A stretch of 64,000 bases of DNA from an uncultured Anaerolineaceae bacterium (GTDB taxonomy: Bacteria > Chloroflexota > Anaerolineae > Anaerolineales > UBA11579): the NCBI GenBank assembly GCA_964623375.1, contig CAZUTS010000002.1, positions 43,674 to 107,673 on the forward strand, read 5' to 3'. Shown piece by piece: positions 48,398 through 57,054 of the stretch. Within the stretch, counting starts at the first letter, position 1, and each line of letters opens with the position of its first letter. The notes below the pieces were generated by a model. That model did not search any database. It had not been told where the DNA came from and saw only the letters and a program-made list of their open reading frames with translations. Position numbers and translations under genes: made by a program.

Positions 48398-48781
48398 ATG
48401 TCATCTGAGCTCCCCCAGCGCGTCCTCGCTATCTCCAATGACCTATTCTTCATGCCGCAAATTGAAGGCGCCGCTAAGGCAGCCGGCTTCACGTTCGATT
48501 GGATCGATACACCATTATCCGATGAGGCGTTTGTAGCCCGCCTGGCCGCCGTGCCCACCACGCTGGTGGTGCTGGAGCTGGCCACGCGCCTGCCCTGGCA
48601 GCAGTGGCTGCCTGCCGCCAGACAGCAGGCGGCGCTGGCCGGCATCCGCTGGCTGGCCTTCGGCCCGCACACGGATGCCAAGCTGTTGTCCGCCGCTCGC
48701 AAAGTCGGCGTGCATAAAGTGGTGGCGCGCTCGCAGTTTGCCACCACCCTGCGCGAGATGCTCACGGGAACCAAAGCTTAG
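48398..48781 (+). CDS. Atypical stand-alone receiver (CheY-like) domain protein
   Basis: VLAISNDLFF, LVVLEL (Glu at the phospho-Asp position), AFGPH and VVARSQF. Confidence 0.6.
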   Translation: MSSELPQRVLAISNDLFFMPQIEGAAKAAGFTFDWIDTPLSDEAFVARLAAVPTTLVVLELATRLPWQQWLPAARQQAALAGIRWLAFGPHTDAKLLSAARKVGVHKVVARSQFATTLREMLTGTKA

Positions 48782-48823
48782 CCACAAAGACGCAGAACAC
48801 AAAGTTTATTGTGTCTTGTGGTG
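48781..48823. repeat. CACAAAG-unit palindromic repeat, short copy 4
   Basis: CCACAAAGACGCAGAACACAAAG...TTGTGTCTTGTGG right after a stop codon. Confidence 0.65.
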
Positions 48824-48839
48824 AGGTTTAGCTACATGT

Positions 48840-48880
48840 AAAAAGAGGCGGCCCGTGAAAAGCAAGGGCCGCCTCTTTTT
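48840..48880. terminator. Bidirectional terminator
   Basis: AAAAAGAGGCGGCCC...GGGCCGCCTCTTTTT. Confidence 0.85.
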
Positions 48881-48899
48881 AGATCACTTTCGAAATCGC

Positions 48900-49520
48900 T
48901 TATGGAGCAATCTGGCGCAACTGTTCCATCAACAGCGAGCCACCGCCCGCCGCCAGGCCCACGGCAGCCAGCACCATGCCGCCCAGCAGGCCGGAGACAA
49001 AGAAGCTCACGATCCAGCCTACGATCACCGTGATGGCCGTCTGGGCAGTGTCCAGGTCCAGCGCCTCTTGAGCCGCTATGAACCAGGAGACCAGGCCCAG
49101 GATCGCGCCGATGCAAGCGATCGGGGCAGTGATGCATGCCAGCAGCGGCACGAACGCGCCTGCAACGCCCACCACGCCGACCAGGCTCCAGATCTGCGCC
49201 AGGCCCAAAGTGCGCACCAACTCCTCAAAGGTTACATCCGCTTTGAACAGAGATTTGCCCAGCCAGGTGATCAGATAGGCGCCCAGGGCAAAGCCCGCCA
49301 CAGTGATGACTGCGCCCACCACGCCGCCCAGCAACCAGCTGGCAATATCCAGTTGCCCGCTTTCGCCGTAGGCCAGGCTGGCCGCGCTGCCCAACTGGCT
49401 GAGCAGGCCCACCACCGCCACAATGCCCCAGGCGGTCTGGGTAAAGCTGGTGTCCTTCTCTACATCTGCATAGACTTGACGCTTGAATGTAAGTGCGCCG
49501 ATGATACGTTCCATCAACAT
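48900..49520 (-). CDS. Yip1-domain membrane protein
   Basis: MLMERIIGAL...YADVEKD...QTAWGIV, FEELVRTLGLAQ; five TM helices. Confidence 0.75.
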   Translation of the reverse strand: MLMERIIGALTFKRQVYADVEKDTSFTQTAWGIVAVVGLLSQLGSAASLAYGESGQLDIASWLLGGVVGAVITVAGFALGAYLITWLGKSLFKADVTFEELVRTLGLAQIWSLVGVVGVAGAFVPLLACITAPIACIGAILGLVSWFIAAQEALDLDTAQTAITVIVGWIVSFFVSGLLGGMVLAAVGLAAGGGSLLMEQLRQIAP

Positions 49521-49583
49521 AGGTATTCCTCCTAGTGGAAAGATGTTGAATTCACTAGTGTTAACACGCGTTTCGTGAATCCG

Positions 49584-50573
49584 TTACCGTAGGTCCTGCA
49601 AGCTTGGCACCCCCGCCAGCTGGCGGGCCGCCTGCAGGGCGTTATATACCGCCTGCACCACCGCCTCGGCGGCAAACGCGCCCACAATGTTGACGTCCGC
49701 CTTCTTGCGCCCCGTGCTAAGCGCAAAGAGGGTATCGCCATCCAGCATCGTATTCGCCGGGCGCAGGCAGCGCGCCAGCCCGTTGCTGGCCATGGCAGCG
49801 ACTTTTGTCGCCCCTTCCTTGTCCAGCTCAGCGTTGGTGGCCACCACGCCGATGACCGTGTTGCTGCCCTGGGCCAGGCCCATCACGCTGCGCCCTGCTG
49901 TGGTTCGCAATAGTTGCAGGCTGTCGGCGAACTGGCCTTTACCGATCTTGACCGGGCCTTTCCTCACCGAACGCACGCCCGCCAGGATCTCGCCATCCGG
50001 CCCGATGACATCGCCAAAGGCGTTCACTGCGATCAACGCGCCCACCTTGACCCCGCCGCCCGCATCCAGCAGCGCGTTGCCCACGCCAGCCTTCACCGAC
50101 TGGCCCATGCCCAGCAGCTTGCCCACCGTGGCGCCCATGCCAGCGCCGGCGTTGCCCTGCGCGGGCTCCTCGGCGCTGGCGTTCTGGCAGGCCAGATACC
50201 CCATCTCTGCATCGGGGCGTCGTTTGGCTGAGCCAATGCCGAGGTCAAACAGGATGGCGCTCGGCACGATGGGCACGCGGGCCACCCCTACATTGAGACC
50301 CACTTTGCGCTCCTCGAGGTAGCGCATCGCCCCGCCCGCCGCATCCAGGCCGAAGGCCGAGCCGCCCGCCAGCATGATGGCGTGGACTTTGCTAACCAAA
50401 TGCGCAGGCCGCAATGCGTCCGTCTCACGCGTGCCCGGCGCGCCGCCGCGCTGGTCTACGCCAGCCACCGCACCTTTCTCAGTCAGGATGACGGTGCAGC
50501 CGGTGGCCGCCGCTTCGTCATGGGCGTGGCCAACTTTGATACCGGGAATGGCAGTGATGGAGTTGTTTGGCAT
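49584..50573 (-). CDS. P1/S58 (DmpA-like) aminopeptidase
   Basis: IPGIKVGH, GGAPGTRET, GGSAFGLDA, GNAGAGMG, NAFGD, SNTVIGVVATN and DGDTLFALST motifs. Confidence 0.9.
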   Translation of the reverse strand: MPNNSITAIPGIKVGHAHDEAAATGCTVILTEKGAVAGVDQRGGAPGTRETDALRPAHLVSKVHAIMLAGGSAFGLDAAGGAMRYLEERKVGLNVGVARVPIVPSAILFDLGIGSAKRRPDAEMGYLACQNASAEEPAQGNAGAGMGATVGKLLGMGQSVKAGVGNALLDAGGGVKVGALIAVNAFGDVIGPDGEILAGVRSVRKGPVKIGKGQFADSLQLLRTTAGRSVMGLAQGSNTVIGVVATNAELDKEGATKVAAMASNGLARCLRPANTMLDGDTLFALSTGRKKADVNIVGAFAAEAVVQAVYNALQAARQLAGVPSLQDLR

Positions 50574-50628
50574 GGGAGTCTCCTAGTGTGGGAGTGTATC
50601 AGAGGACAGTCAGCATTCAGCTAGGGTC

Positions 50629-50858
50629 TGTCTTTGCGAGCGTTGCGCTGCGCAGCAGCGCTGGCGAAGCAATCCCCAGGCTATGGTTGTAAGACCGCTG
50701 CTTTTCTTGTCATTGCCAGGAGTGCTGCCGCTTGTGGCAAACGGACGAAGCAATCTAGCTTTGCGCGCTGACTTAAAACCAGATTGCTTCGCTGCGCTCG
50801 CAAAAATGACGTTGTCCCTTCTGTCTTGCGATCAAGTGGAACGAGCGAAGCAATCCCC
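50629..50858. repeat. Composite cluster of three CGTC-type units
   Basis: TGTCTTTGCGAG...GAAGCAATCCCC; TGTCATTGCCAGGAG...GATTGCTTCGCTGCGCTCGCAAAAATGAC; TGTCTTGCGATC...GAAGCAATCCCC. Confidence 0.8.
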
Positions 50859-50862
50859 ACCT

Positions 50863-52089
50863 TCATAGCGCGGCGGCCTTGGCGCGCAGCACCTCGCCTT
50901 CACGCGCATTGCCAGCCATGCTGGCCGCACGCATCAACTCAGAACGCGCCTCGTCCAGGCGGCCGAGTTGGGCCAGCAGCTCGCCGCGTACACTGGGGAG
51001 CAAGTGCGAGCTGTGCAACTCTCCCTGCGTGGACAACTGATCGACGATGGTTAGCGCCGCGGCCGGGCCACTCGCCATAGATACTGCCACCGCGCGGTTG
51101 AGCTCAACTACCGGGTTGGGAGCCAGCCGGCCGAGCGTCTCGTACAACAGCACGATCTGCTCCCAATCCGTCTCCTCAACATTTGGCGCAATGGCGTGGC
51201 ACTCGGCAATTGCCGCCTGCAGCGCGTAGTTCCCGCGGCCACGGCCCAGCCTGTCTGCCCGCTGCAGCGCGGCGCGGCCGCGCTGGATCTGCATGCGGTC
51301 CCACTCGGCCCGGTTCTGGTTCATTAGCAGAATAGGGGTGCCGTCCGCAGCCACTCGCGCTGCAAAGCGTGATGCTTGCAGCTCCATCAGCGCCACCAGG
51401 CCGTGTACCTCCGGCTCGTGAGGCAGCAGCCCAGCCAGCACGCGCCCCAGGCGCAGAGCCTCGTTGGCGAGTTCAGTGCGTATCCATCGCTCACCGGATG
51501 TGGCTGCGTAGCCTTCGGTGAAGAGTAGATACACCACGCCCAATACCGCGCTGAGACGCGCACCCCACTCATTCGGCTCTGGCGTTTCAAAAGGCACCTG
51601 CGCCGCCGAGAGTGTTTTCTTGGCGCGCACAATGCGTTGTTGCACCGTCGTCACGGGGAGCAGCAGCAAGCGGGCGATCTCCTCCGTGGTCAAGCCCGCC
51701 ACCACGCGCAAGGTCAGCGTTACTTGCGCTTCGCGCGAGAGCACAGGGTGACACGCGGTGAACACCAGGCGCACCACATCATCATCGATTGGTTGCCAGT
51801 CGTCTTGGGTGCTCTCCGCTAGTGTGTGGGCAATGGCACGGTAGCGCTGGTCCAGCCGCTGTTTTCGTCGCCAGCCATCTATGGCTTTGCGCTTGGCTAC
51901 CGCCGTAAGCCAGGCGGCCGCGTTGTGCGGCACGCCAGCCTCAGGCCATTGGTTCAGCGCATCCACTAGTGCCTCCTGAGCCAGGTCTTCGGCCTGGCTC
52001 AGGTCGCCGGTCATCTTGGCCAGGCTGGCAACGATGCGCGCACTCTCGATGCGCCACACCGCCTCAATGGTTCGCTGCAAATCGCTCAC
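50863..52089 (-). CDS. ECF sigma factor with C-terminal TPR-like extension (ECF42-like)
   Basis: Sigma2 (AEDLAQEAL, WLTAVAKRKAID), sigma4 (GLTTEEIAR...QRIVRAK), LFTEGY and YALQAAIA motifs; follows a YciI gene. Confidence 0.88.
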   Translation of the reverse strand: MSDLQRTIEAVWRIESARIVASLAKMTGDLSQAEDLAQEALVDALNQWPEAGVPHNAAAWLTAVAKRKAIDGWRRKQRLDQRYRAIAHTLAESTQDDWQPIDDDVVRLVFTACHPVLSREAQVTLTLRVVAGLTTEEIARLLLLPVTTVQQRIVRAKKTLSAAQVPFETPEPNEWGARLSAVLGVVYLLFTEGYAATSGERWIRTELANEALRLGRVLAGLLPHEPEVHGLVALMELQASRFAARVAADGTPILLMNQNRAEWDRMQIQRGRAALQRADRLGRGRGNYALQAAIAECHAIAPNVEETDWEQIVLLYETLGRLAPNPVVELNRAVAVSMASGPAAALTIVDQLSTQGELHSSHLLPSVRGELLAQLGRLDEARSELMRAASMAGNAREGEVLRAKAAAL

Positions 52090-52111
52090 CTGCGATCCCC
52101 TGTGAGCGGTC

Positions 52112-52525
52112 TTAGCTTGCGTCGCTAGGGCGGCTCTTCTTGACGTACTCGTTGTCGGCATAGTCAGCGAAGGCTTCTTCAGCCGTGGGGATCCGGCGCA
52201 CTTCAAGCTTGGAGCCTGGCCCAAGCGGGGCGCGGCTCGCCCATTCAATCGCCTCTTCCTTACTGGAGACTTCCAGGATCCAAAAGCCGTTGAACAGCTC
52301 ATGCGTTTCGCCGTAAGGCCCGTCCGTCACAATGGGCGGCTCGCTGGCGAAATCCACTACAAATCCTTCGCTGGCAGGCGCCAACCCCTCAACGCCAGCC
52401 AGTACGCCCGCCTTGGCGAGCGATTCGTTGTATGCCCCCATGGCATTGATGATCTCTTCAAAGTCAACCTTCTGGCTGGCTTCGAATGCCTCTTGGGTGT
52501 CGCGCATGATCAGCATGTACTTCAT
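52112..52525 (-). CDS. YciI/DGPF-family protein
   Basis: MKYML, TDGPYGETHEL.NGFW and EVRRI motifs. Confidence 0.9.
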   Translation of the reverse strand: MKYMLIMRDTQEAFEASQKVDFEEIINAMGAYNESLAKAGVLAGVEGLAPASEGFVVDFASEPPIVTDGPYGETHELFNGFWILEVSSKEEAIEWASRAPLGPGSKLEVRRIPTAEEAFADYADNEYVKKSRPSDAS

Positions 52526-52606
52526 GGCAGTTCTCCTTTCGTGCGAGGCCGCCCGTTGCGGCCTGCTACTATCACGTCGAACAGGATCACCCAAAATCGA
52601 CAGCCG

Positions 52607-53074
52607 CTAATCGTCACTCTCATCCTCACGGATCTCTTGCATACGCCGCGAGAGATCCGGCACCTTGCGCCCGTACTCGTGTGCCAGCAAGGGGGAGCTG
52701 ATGATGAAGTCCGCCGTAGCCCTGTTCGAGGCGGTGGGAATGTTGTGCAGCACCGCCAGGCGCAGCAAAGCCTTCACATCCGGGTCGTGCGGCTGCGGCT
52801 CCAACGGGTCCCAAAAGAAGATGAGCATATCGATCTCGGCCACGGCGATTGCCGCACCCAGCTGCTGGTCACCGCCCAACGGGCCGCTCAGGAAGCGTGT
52901 GACGTGCAGCCCGGTCGCCTCGCCAATGCGTGTGCCGGTGCCGCCGGTGCCATACAGCTCGTGATTGGCCAGCGTGTCTTTGTTATATACCGCCCATTTG
53001 ATCAGGTCTTTCTTGCGGCCGTCATGCGCCACCAAGGCGATGCGTTTTCTGGCTGGTAGTGTGTGGATTGGCAT
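52607..53074 (-). CDS. mgsA: Methylglyoxal synthase
   Basis: IALVAHD..K, TGGTG, SGPLGGDQQ, FFWDPL..QPHDPDVKAL and NRATA motifs. Confidence 0.96.
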   Translation of the reverse strand: MPIHTLPARKRIALVAHDGRKKDLIKWAVYNKDTLANHELYGTGGTGTRIGEATGLHVTRFLSGPLGGDQQLGAAIAVAEIDMLIFFWDPLEPQPHDPDVKALLRLAVLHNIPTASNRATADFIISSPLLAHEYGRKVPDLSRRMQEIREDESDD

Positions 53075-53076
53075 AC

Positions 53077-54258
53077 TTACCCCGCGTAGATCAATTCGGT
53101 TTGCGGCGCGCCCAGGAACTCACAGCCGTTCTCAGTCACCACGATGTCTTCTTCCAGCCCAATGCAGCCGTAGCCCGGCACCATCAAGGTCGGCTCGATC
53201 GTATAGACCTGACCCAGTTCCAACGGCAGGGTGGGGGTTTCGCCGTACTTCTCCCACAGCGGGCCGATCAGGCCGCCGCCGTCATGCACGCTGCGGCCCA
53301 TCTGGTGGCCGAGGGCGTGCTTGAACTCAATGAAGCCGCCGTCCGTAACGATCTTGCGTGCCACGCTATCGATCTCTACGCCGCGCACGCCCGGCTTGAT
53401 CATCGCCACCGCCGCCTCCAGCGCGGCACGCGCCGTATCAAAGCCGTGCTGCACTTCTTTGGGCGCTTGGCTCTCGCCCGGGCGCAGGACATACATCACC
53501 CGCTGAATGTCTGAGGTGTAGTCTTCCTGCAGCACGCCAAAATCAAAATGCAGAATATGGCCGGGCTCTACTTGGATGTCCGTAGGCGCAGCGTGCCCAA
53601 TCGGGCTGTCTGGGCCGGAGTTGACCGCCGGGCAGAACTTCTGCTCCCAGGCGAAGCCCAGGCCGCGCTTGAGGGTCTCGGCATGCATATGAGCCGAGAT
53701 CTCGCGTTCGGTCTGGCCCACCTTGACGAAGGGGTATGTGGCGGCGTAGATCTCGGCGGTGCTGGTGATTGCCGCACGAATGCGGCGCTGCTCCTCGGCC
53801 GTCTTGCGCCCGCGCACGGCGTTGATCACTGGCTCGGCTGAGACGATGCGCTCGGCATAGCTGCCCAGATACTCACGCAGTAGCTCGCCCAGGCCGCTGC
53901 TCAAGCCATCGGCGAACGGGTCATTGCGTGAAACGTTGACGGCGATCTCTTTTGGATTTAGCCGCTGGATGGTCTCCTGCAGCGCTTGGCGCACCGATTG
54001 GTCATAGCCCACGATGGTCTCATACGCACCGGTGTTGTGCGCCGTGTCAGCCTCCAGGTTGCCCAGGATGGCAATGCGCTCGCCGCTGCGCGTCATGATC
54101 AAAGCACTCTGCCAGGTCAGGTCGGCGCCAAAGATGATGGGCAGCATCGGGTCGCCTGCCGCACGCGTCTCGCGCACGAAGGTCAGCCACATATCCACGC
54201 CCTTCTCCTGCAGAATACTCACCGCTTGCTGTGTTTTCTCTTGTACGAGTGTTGCCAT
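53077..54258 (-). CDS. Xaa-Pro peptidase (M24 family)
   Basis: DFG....YTSD, HALGHQMGRSVHD, TIEP and GLEED metal ligands. Confidence 0.92.
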   Translation of the reverse strand: MATLVQEKTQQAVSILQEKGVDMWLTFVRETRAAGDPMLPIIFGADLTWQSALIMTRSGERIAILGNLEADTAHNTGAYETIVGYDQSVRQALQETIQRLNPKEIAVNVSRNDPFADGLSSGLGELLREYLGSYAERIVSAEPVINAVRGRKTAEEQRRIRAAITSTAEIYAATYPFVKVGQTEREISAHMHAETLKRGLGFAWEQKFCPAVNSGPDSPIGHAAPTDIQVEPGHILHFDFGVLQEDYTSDIQRVMYVLRPGESQAPKEVQHGFDTARAALEAAVAMIKPGVRGVEIDSVARKIVTDGGFIEFKHALGHQMGRSVHDGGGLIGPLWEKYGETPTLPLELGQVYTIEPTLMVPGYGCIGLEEDIVVTENGCEFLGAPQTELIYAG

Positions 54259-54276
54259 ATGAACTCCGATTGCTAC

Positions 54277-54320
54277 TTGGTAATTAGCAACTGGTAATTA
54301 CCAATTGCCAATTACTGGTT
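54277..54320. repeat. Inverted heptamer arrays
   Basis: TTGGTAA TTAGCAA CTGGTAA TTACCAA TTGCCAA TTACT. Confidence 0.7.
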
Positions 54321-54325
54321 TGCTC

Positions 54326-55303
54326 CTACCAAGCGTACGCTTCCGGCGCCTCACCACCCGGGCCGGGCCAGATATCGTCCAGTTTCTTCAGTGCCTCTGC
54401 ATCCAGCGTGAAGGCCAGCGGCTCCAGCGCCGTCTCGAGTTGCTCCAGCGTGCGCGGCCCAATGATCGGCGCCGTCACTACGGGGTTGGCTAGCAGCCAG
54501 GCCATCGCTACCGTGGCCGGGCTGGCGCCCAGTTGCTTGCACAGCGCTTCATAATCCTTGTGCTGCTGCTCGCGGCGCTTGATCTGCTCCTGGTTGCGGT
54601 CATCCGTGCGGCGGCTGTCCTTCACCTTCTCGAAGGCGCCGGCCAGCGTGCCCGCCGCCAGTGGGCTGTACGGGATCAGGCCCAGGCCGTATTCACGGCA
54701 GGCTGGGATCAGTTCCTGCTCAATGCGGCGGGCGGCCAGGTTGTACAAGCTCTGCTCGCATACCAGGCCCATAAAGTTGCGCGCCTTGGCCTCGGCTTGC
54801 GCCTGGGCAATGTGGAAGCCGGCAAAATTGCTGCTGCCCACGTAGATCACCTTGCCCTGCTGCACCAGCACTTCCATCGCTTGCCAGATCTCCTCCCACG
54901 GCGTATTGCGGTCAATGTGGTGCATTTGGTAGAGGTCGATATAGTCGGTCTGCAAGCGCTTGAGGCTAGCGTCACACGCCTGGCGGATGTGCAGGGCAGA
55001 CAGACGCTTCTGATTGGGCCAATCGCCCATTTCGCCATAGGCCTTGGTGGCCAGCACCACTTTCTCGCGGCGGCCGCCGCCTTGGGCGAACCAGCGCCCA
55101 ATGATGTTCTCGGTAACGCCTTCGCCCTTCTTCCAGCCGTATACATTGGCGGTGTCGAAGAAGTTGATGCCCAGCTCTAGGGCGCGGTCCATGATGGCGA
55201 AGCTATCCGCTTCGCTGGTCTTAGGGCCAAAGTTCATCGTGCCCAGGCACAGGCGGCTGACTTGCAGGCCAGTTCGTCCTAAATAGGTGTATTGCATGTC
55301 CAT
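54326..55303 (-). CDS. Aldo/keto reductase
   Basis: LGRTGLQVSRLCLGTM, FDTANVYG, SLKRLQTDYIDLYQMH, YVGSSN and YSPLAAG motifs. Confidence 0.95.
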   Translation of the reverse strand: MDMQYTYLGRTGLQVSRLCLGTMNFGPKTSEADSFAIMDRALELGINFFDTANVYGWKKGEGVTENIIGRWFAQGGGRREKVVLATKAYGEMGDWPNQKRLSALHIRQACDASLKRLQTDYIDLYQMHHIDRNTPWEEIWQAMEVLVQQGKVIYVGSSNFAGFHIAQAQAEAKARNFMGLVCEQSLYNLAARRIEQELIPACREYGLGLIPYSPLAAGTLAGAFEKVKDSRRTDDRNQEQIKRREQQHKDYEALCKQLGASPATVAMAWLLANPVVTAPIIGPRTLEQLETALEPLAFTLDAEALKKLDDIWPGPGGEAPEAYAW

Positions 55304-55313
55304 AGCAGCTCCG

Positions 55314-56654
55314 TTAGTTCTGCGCCGGCACAGCGGCCGGTTGAGAGTGAGATTTCTGCGTCAGCGTATTCAGGTACAACGCCTCTGTTGCCAATGAGAG
55401 CGTCAGTCCGGCCGCGGCCAGCGGAACGCCGGGCAAGCCCAGAGCCGTGCCGCCGATCAGCACTGCGCTCAGCACCACCAGCTCCAACACCATCGAGAGC
55501 GCCAGCGGCCGCGTGTTGCGCTGCGCCGTCAGCAAGCCGCGTGAGAGCATCACCGCTGCCACCATCAGCGGCAGCAGCACGCCCAGGCGTGCGCCTGCCT
55601 CGGCCACCAGCGAGAGTTGCATGTCTACGCCAATAAGCGTCTGGAAATACACATCGGACAGCGGCGTGAAGGCTACCAGCGCCAACAGCAGCGTGCACGC
55701 CCAGCCTACGTTGTAGCTGAAGCGCCGCAAGGCGGGTTGGCTGCCGGCGATCTCGTGATGGGCGATGACCACTTCGGGGATGGCCACCACCACGGCGCGG
55801 CTGATGAAGAACAGGCCATTCAGCACCGGCCAGGCGGCCAGCGCCGTCTCAGGATCGGTGCCGCGCGCCAGCGCCGCCGCGATCAGCGGCTGGGTGAGCA
55901 GGAACAAGAGATTGCTCATCGCCAGCGGCCAGTGGAAGTTGACCAGCGCACCGTAGCTCAACTCCGGCGCACTCAGCGTGCTGGCCGCGCCGAACTTTTC
56001 GCTTACCAATGCTGCCGAAGCCATGTGAGCGTAGATCGCCTCAGCGATGACGCCCAGGCTCAGCGCCAGCGCACCAGTGGCGATGCCAGGTGCATCCGTG
56101 AACACAGCCATCACAGTGGCCACGCCCAAAGAGACCAGCAAGCGCACTAGCGTGCCTTTGCCCACCGAGGCGCTGTTGCCAAAGCGGATGAGGATGCCCT
56201 GGCGGAAGCGCCGCCAAGCGATGGCCGCGCTCCACAGCAACATGAGTTGCAAGCCCAGCTTGACCGAGGCCAGCAGGCTCTCCGGCGTGCCCATCCAACC
56301 CTTGACCACAATGTCAAACAAGGGCGACCAAGCCAGTAGTGCCTGCAGTAGGGTGGTGGCCACCATCAGTTGCACCGTGAAACGGCGCAGCATGGCATAG
56401 TTCTGCGGGCTGCGCGCCAGCGCCGTGCTGGTGGCCAACAGCGAGATCACCGGGCTCTCGATGGTGATGCTCAGCGAGGCGGCGATGCCAAAGGCAGCGA
56501 TCATGTGCACGCTCTCCGGCAACCGCGCCAGGGCGGCGTTGATGTACGGCATCTCAAGCGCCATCAAAAGCCAACTGGCCGCCAGGGGCAGCCAGGTCAG
56601 CAAAATTCGTTTTTGGGTAAGCGGTGAAGCGGGGTTTTCAGCAGTAGCGTGCAT
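55314..56654 (-). CDS. MATE/MOP-superfamily (ANKH-like) multi-TM exporter
   Basis: About 12 TM helices in two repeats; WLPLAASWLLM..E.P..NA and HWPLA motifs. Confidence 0.7.
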   Translation of the reverse strand: MHATAENPASPLTQKRILLTWLPLAASWLLMALEMPYINAALARLPESVHMIAAFGIAASLSITIESPVISLLATSTALARSPQNYAMLRRFTVQLMVATTLLQALLAWSPLFDIVVKGWMGTPESLLASVKLGLQLMLLWSAAIAWRRFRQGILIRFGNSASVGKGTLVRLLVSLGVATVMAVFTDAPGIATGALALSLGVIAEAIYAHMASAALVSEKFGAASTLSAPELSYGALVNFHWPLAMSNLLFLLTQPLIAAALARGTDPETALAAWPVLNGLFFISRAVVVAIPEVVIAHHEIAGSQPALRRFSYNVGWACTLLLALVAFTPLSDVYFQTLIGVDMQLSLVAEAGARLGVLLPLMVAAVMLSRGLLTAQRNTRPLALSMVLELVVLSAVLIGGTALGLPGVPLAAAGLTLSLATEALYLNTLTQKSHSQPAAVPAQN

Positions 56655-56674
56655 ATCTGCTGAGTGTACCAAAT

Positions 56675-56708
56675 CAGTTGACAGCTAACAGCTAACAGTT
56701 GACAGCTT
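56675..56708. repeat. Heptamer tandem array
   Basis: CAGTTGA CAGCTAA CAGCTAA CAGTTGA CAGCTT. Confidence 0.75.
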
Positions 56709-56719
56709 GCAGTACTGTT

Positions 56720-56837
56720 CGTCTTTGCGAGCGTTGCATTGCACTGCGTGGCAGTGCTAGCGAAGCAATCCCCAAGCCTATATTGCGAATAAGGTTGGAG
56801 ATTGCTTCGCCTCGCTATTGCTCGTCTCGCAAAGACG
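56720..56837. repeat. CGTC-type palindromic repeat
   Basis: CGTCTTTGCGAG...CGAAGCAATCCCC...GGAGATTGCTTCG...CTCGCAAAGACG. Confidence 0.85.
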
Positions 56838-56864
56838 TATTGGCAATGGCTCAGACACACCAAA

Positions 56865-56941
56865 CCCTCACCCGTTGAACTCAATACCGGATGATTTGCC
56901 CCCTGCCCCTCTCCCTTAGGGAGAGGGGCAGGGGGTGAGGG
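56865..56941. repeat. CCCTCACCC/CCCCTCTCCC-type palindrome
   Basis: ACCCTCACCC...CCCCCTGCCCCTCTCCC-tta-GGGAGAGGGGCAGGGGGTGAGGG. Confidence 0.75.
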
Positions 56942-56973
56942 AATGTAGCAGCCCCGCAAGATGGCTGGTCAAG

Positions 56974-57017
56974 CTCTAATCTCCAATCTCCAATTACTAA
57001 TCCTCTAATTCCCAATC
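56974..57017. repeat. Heptamer tandem array
   Basis: CTCTAAT CTCCAAT CTCCAAT TACTAAT ... Confidence 0.7.
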
Positions 57018-57054
57018 TTTGTCCTTCCCATCCCTTGATAAAATCCCATCACCC

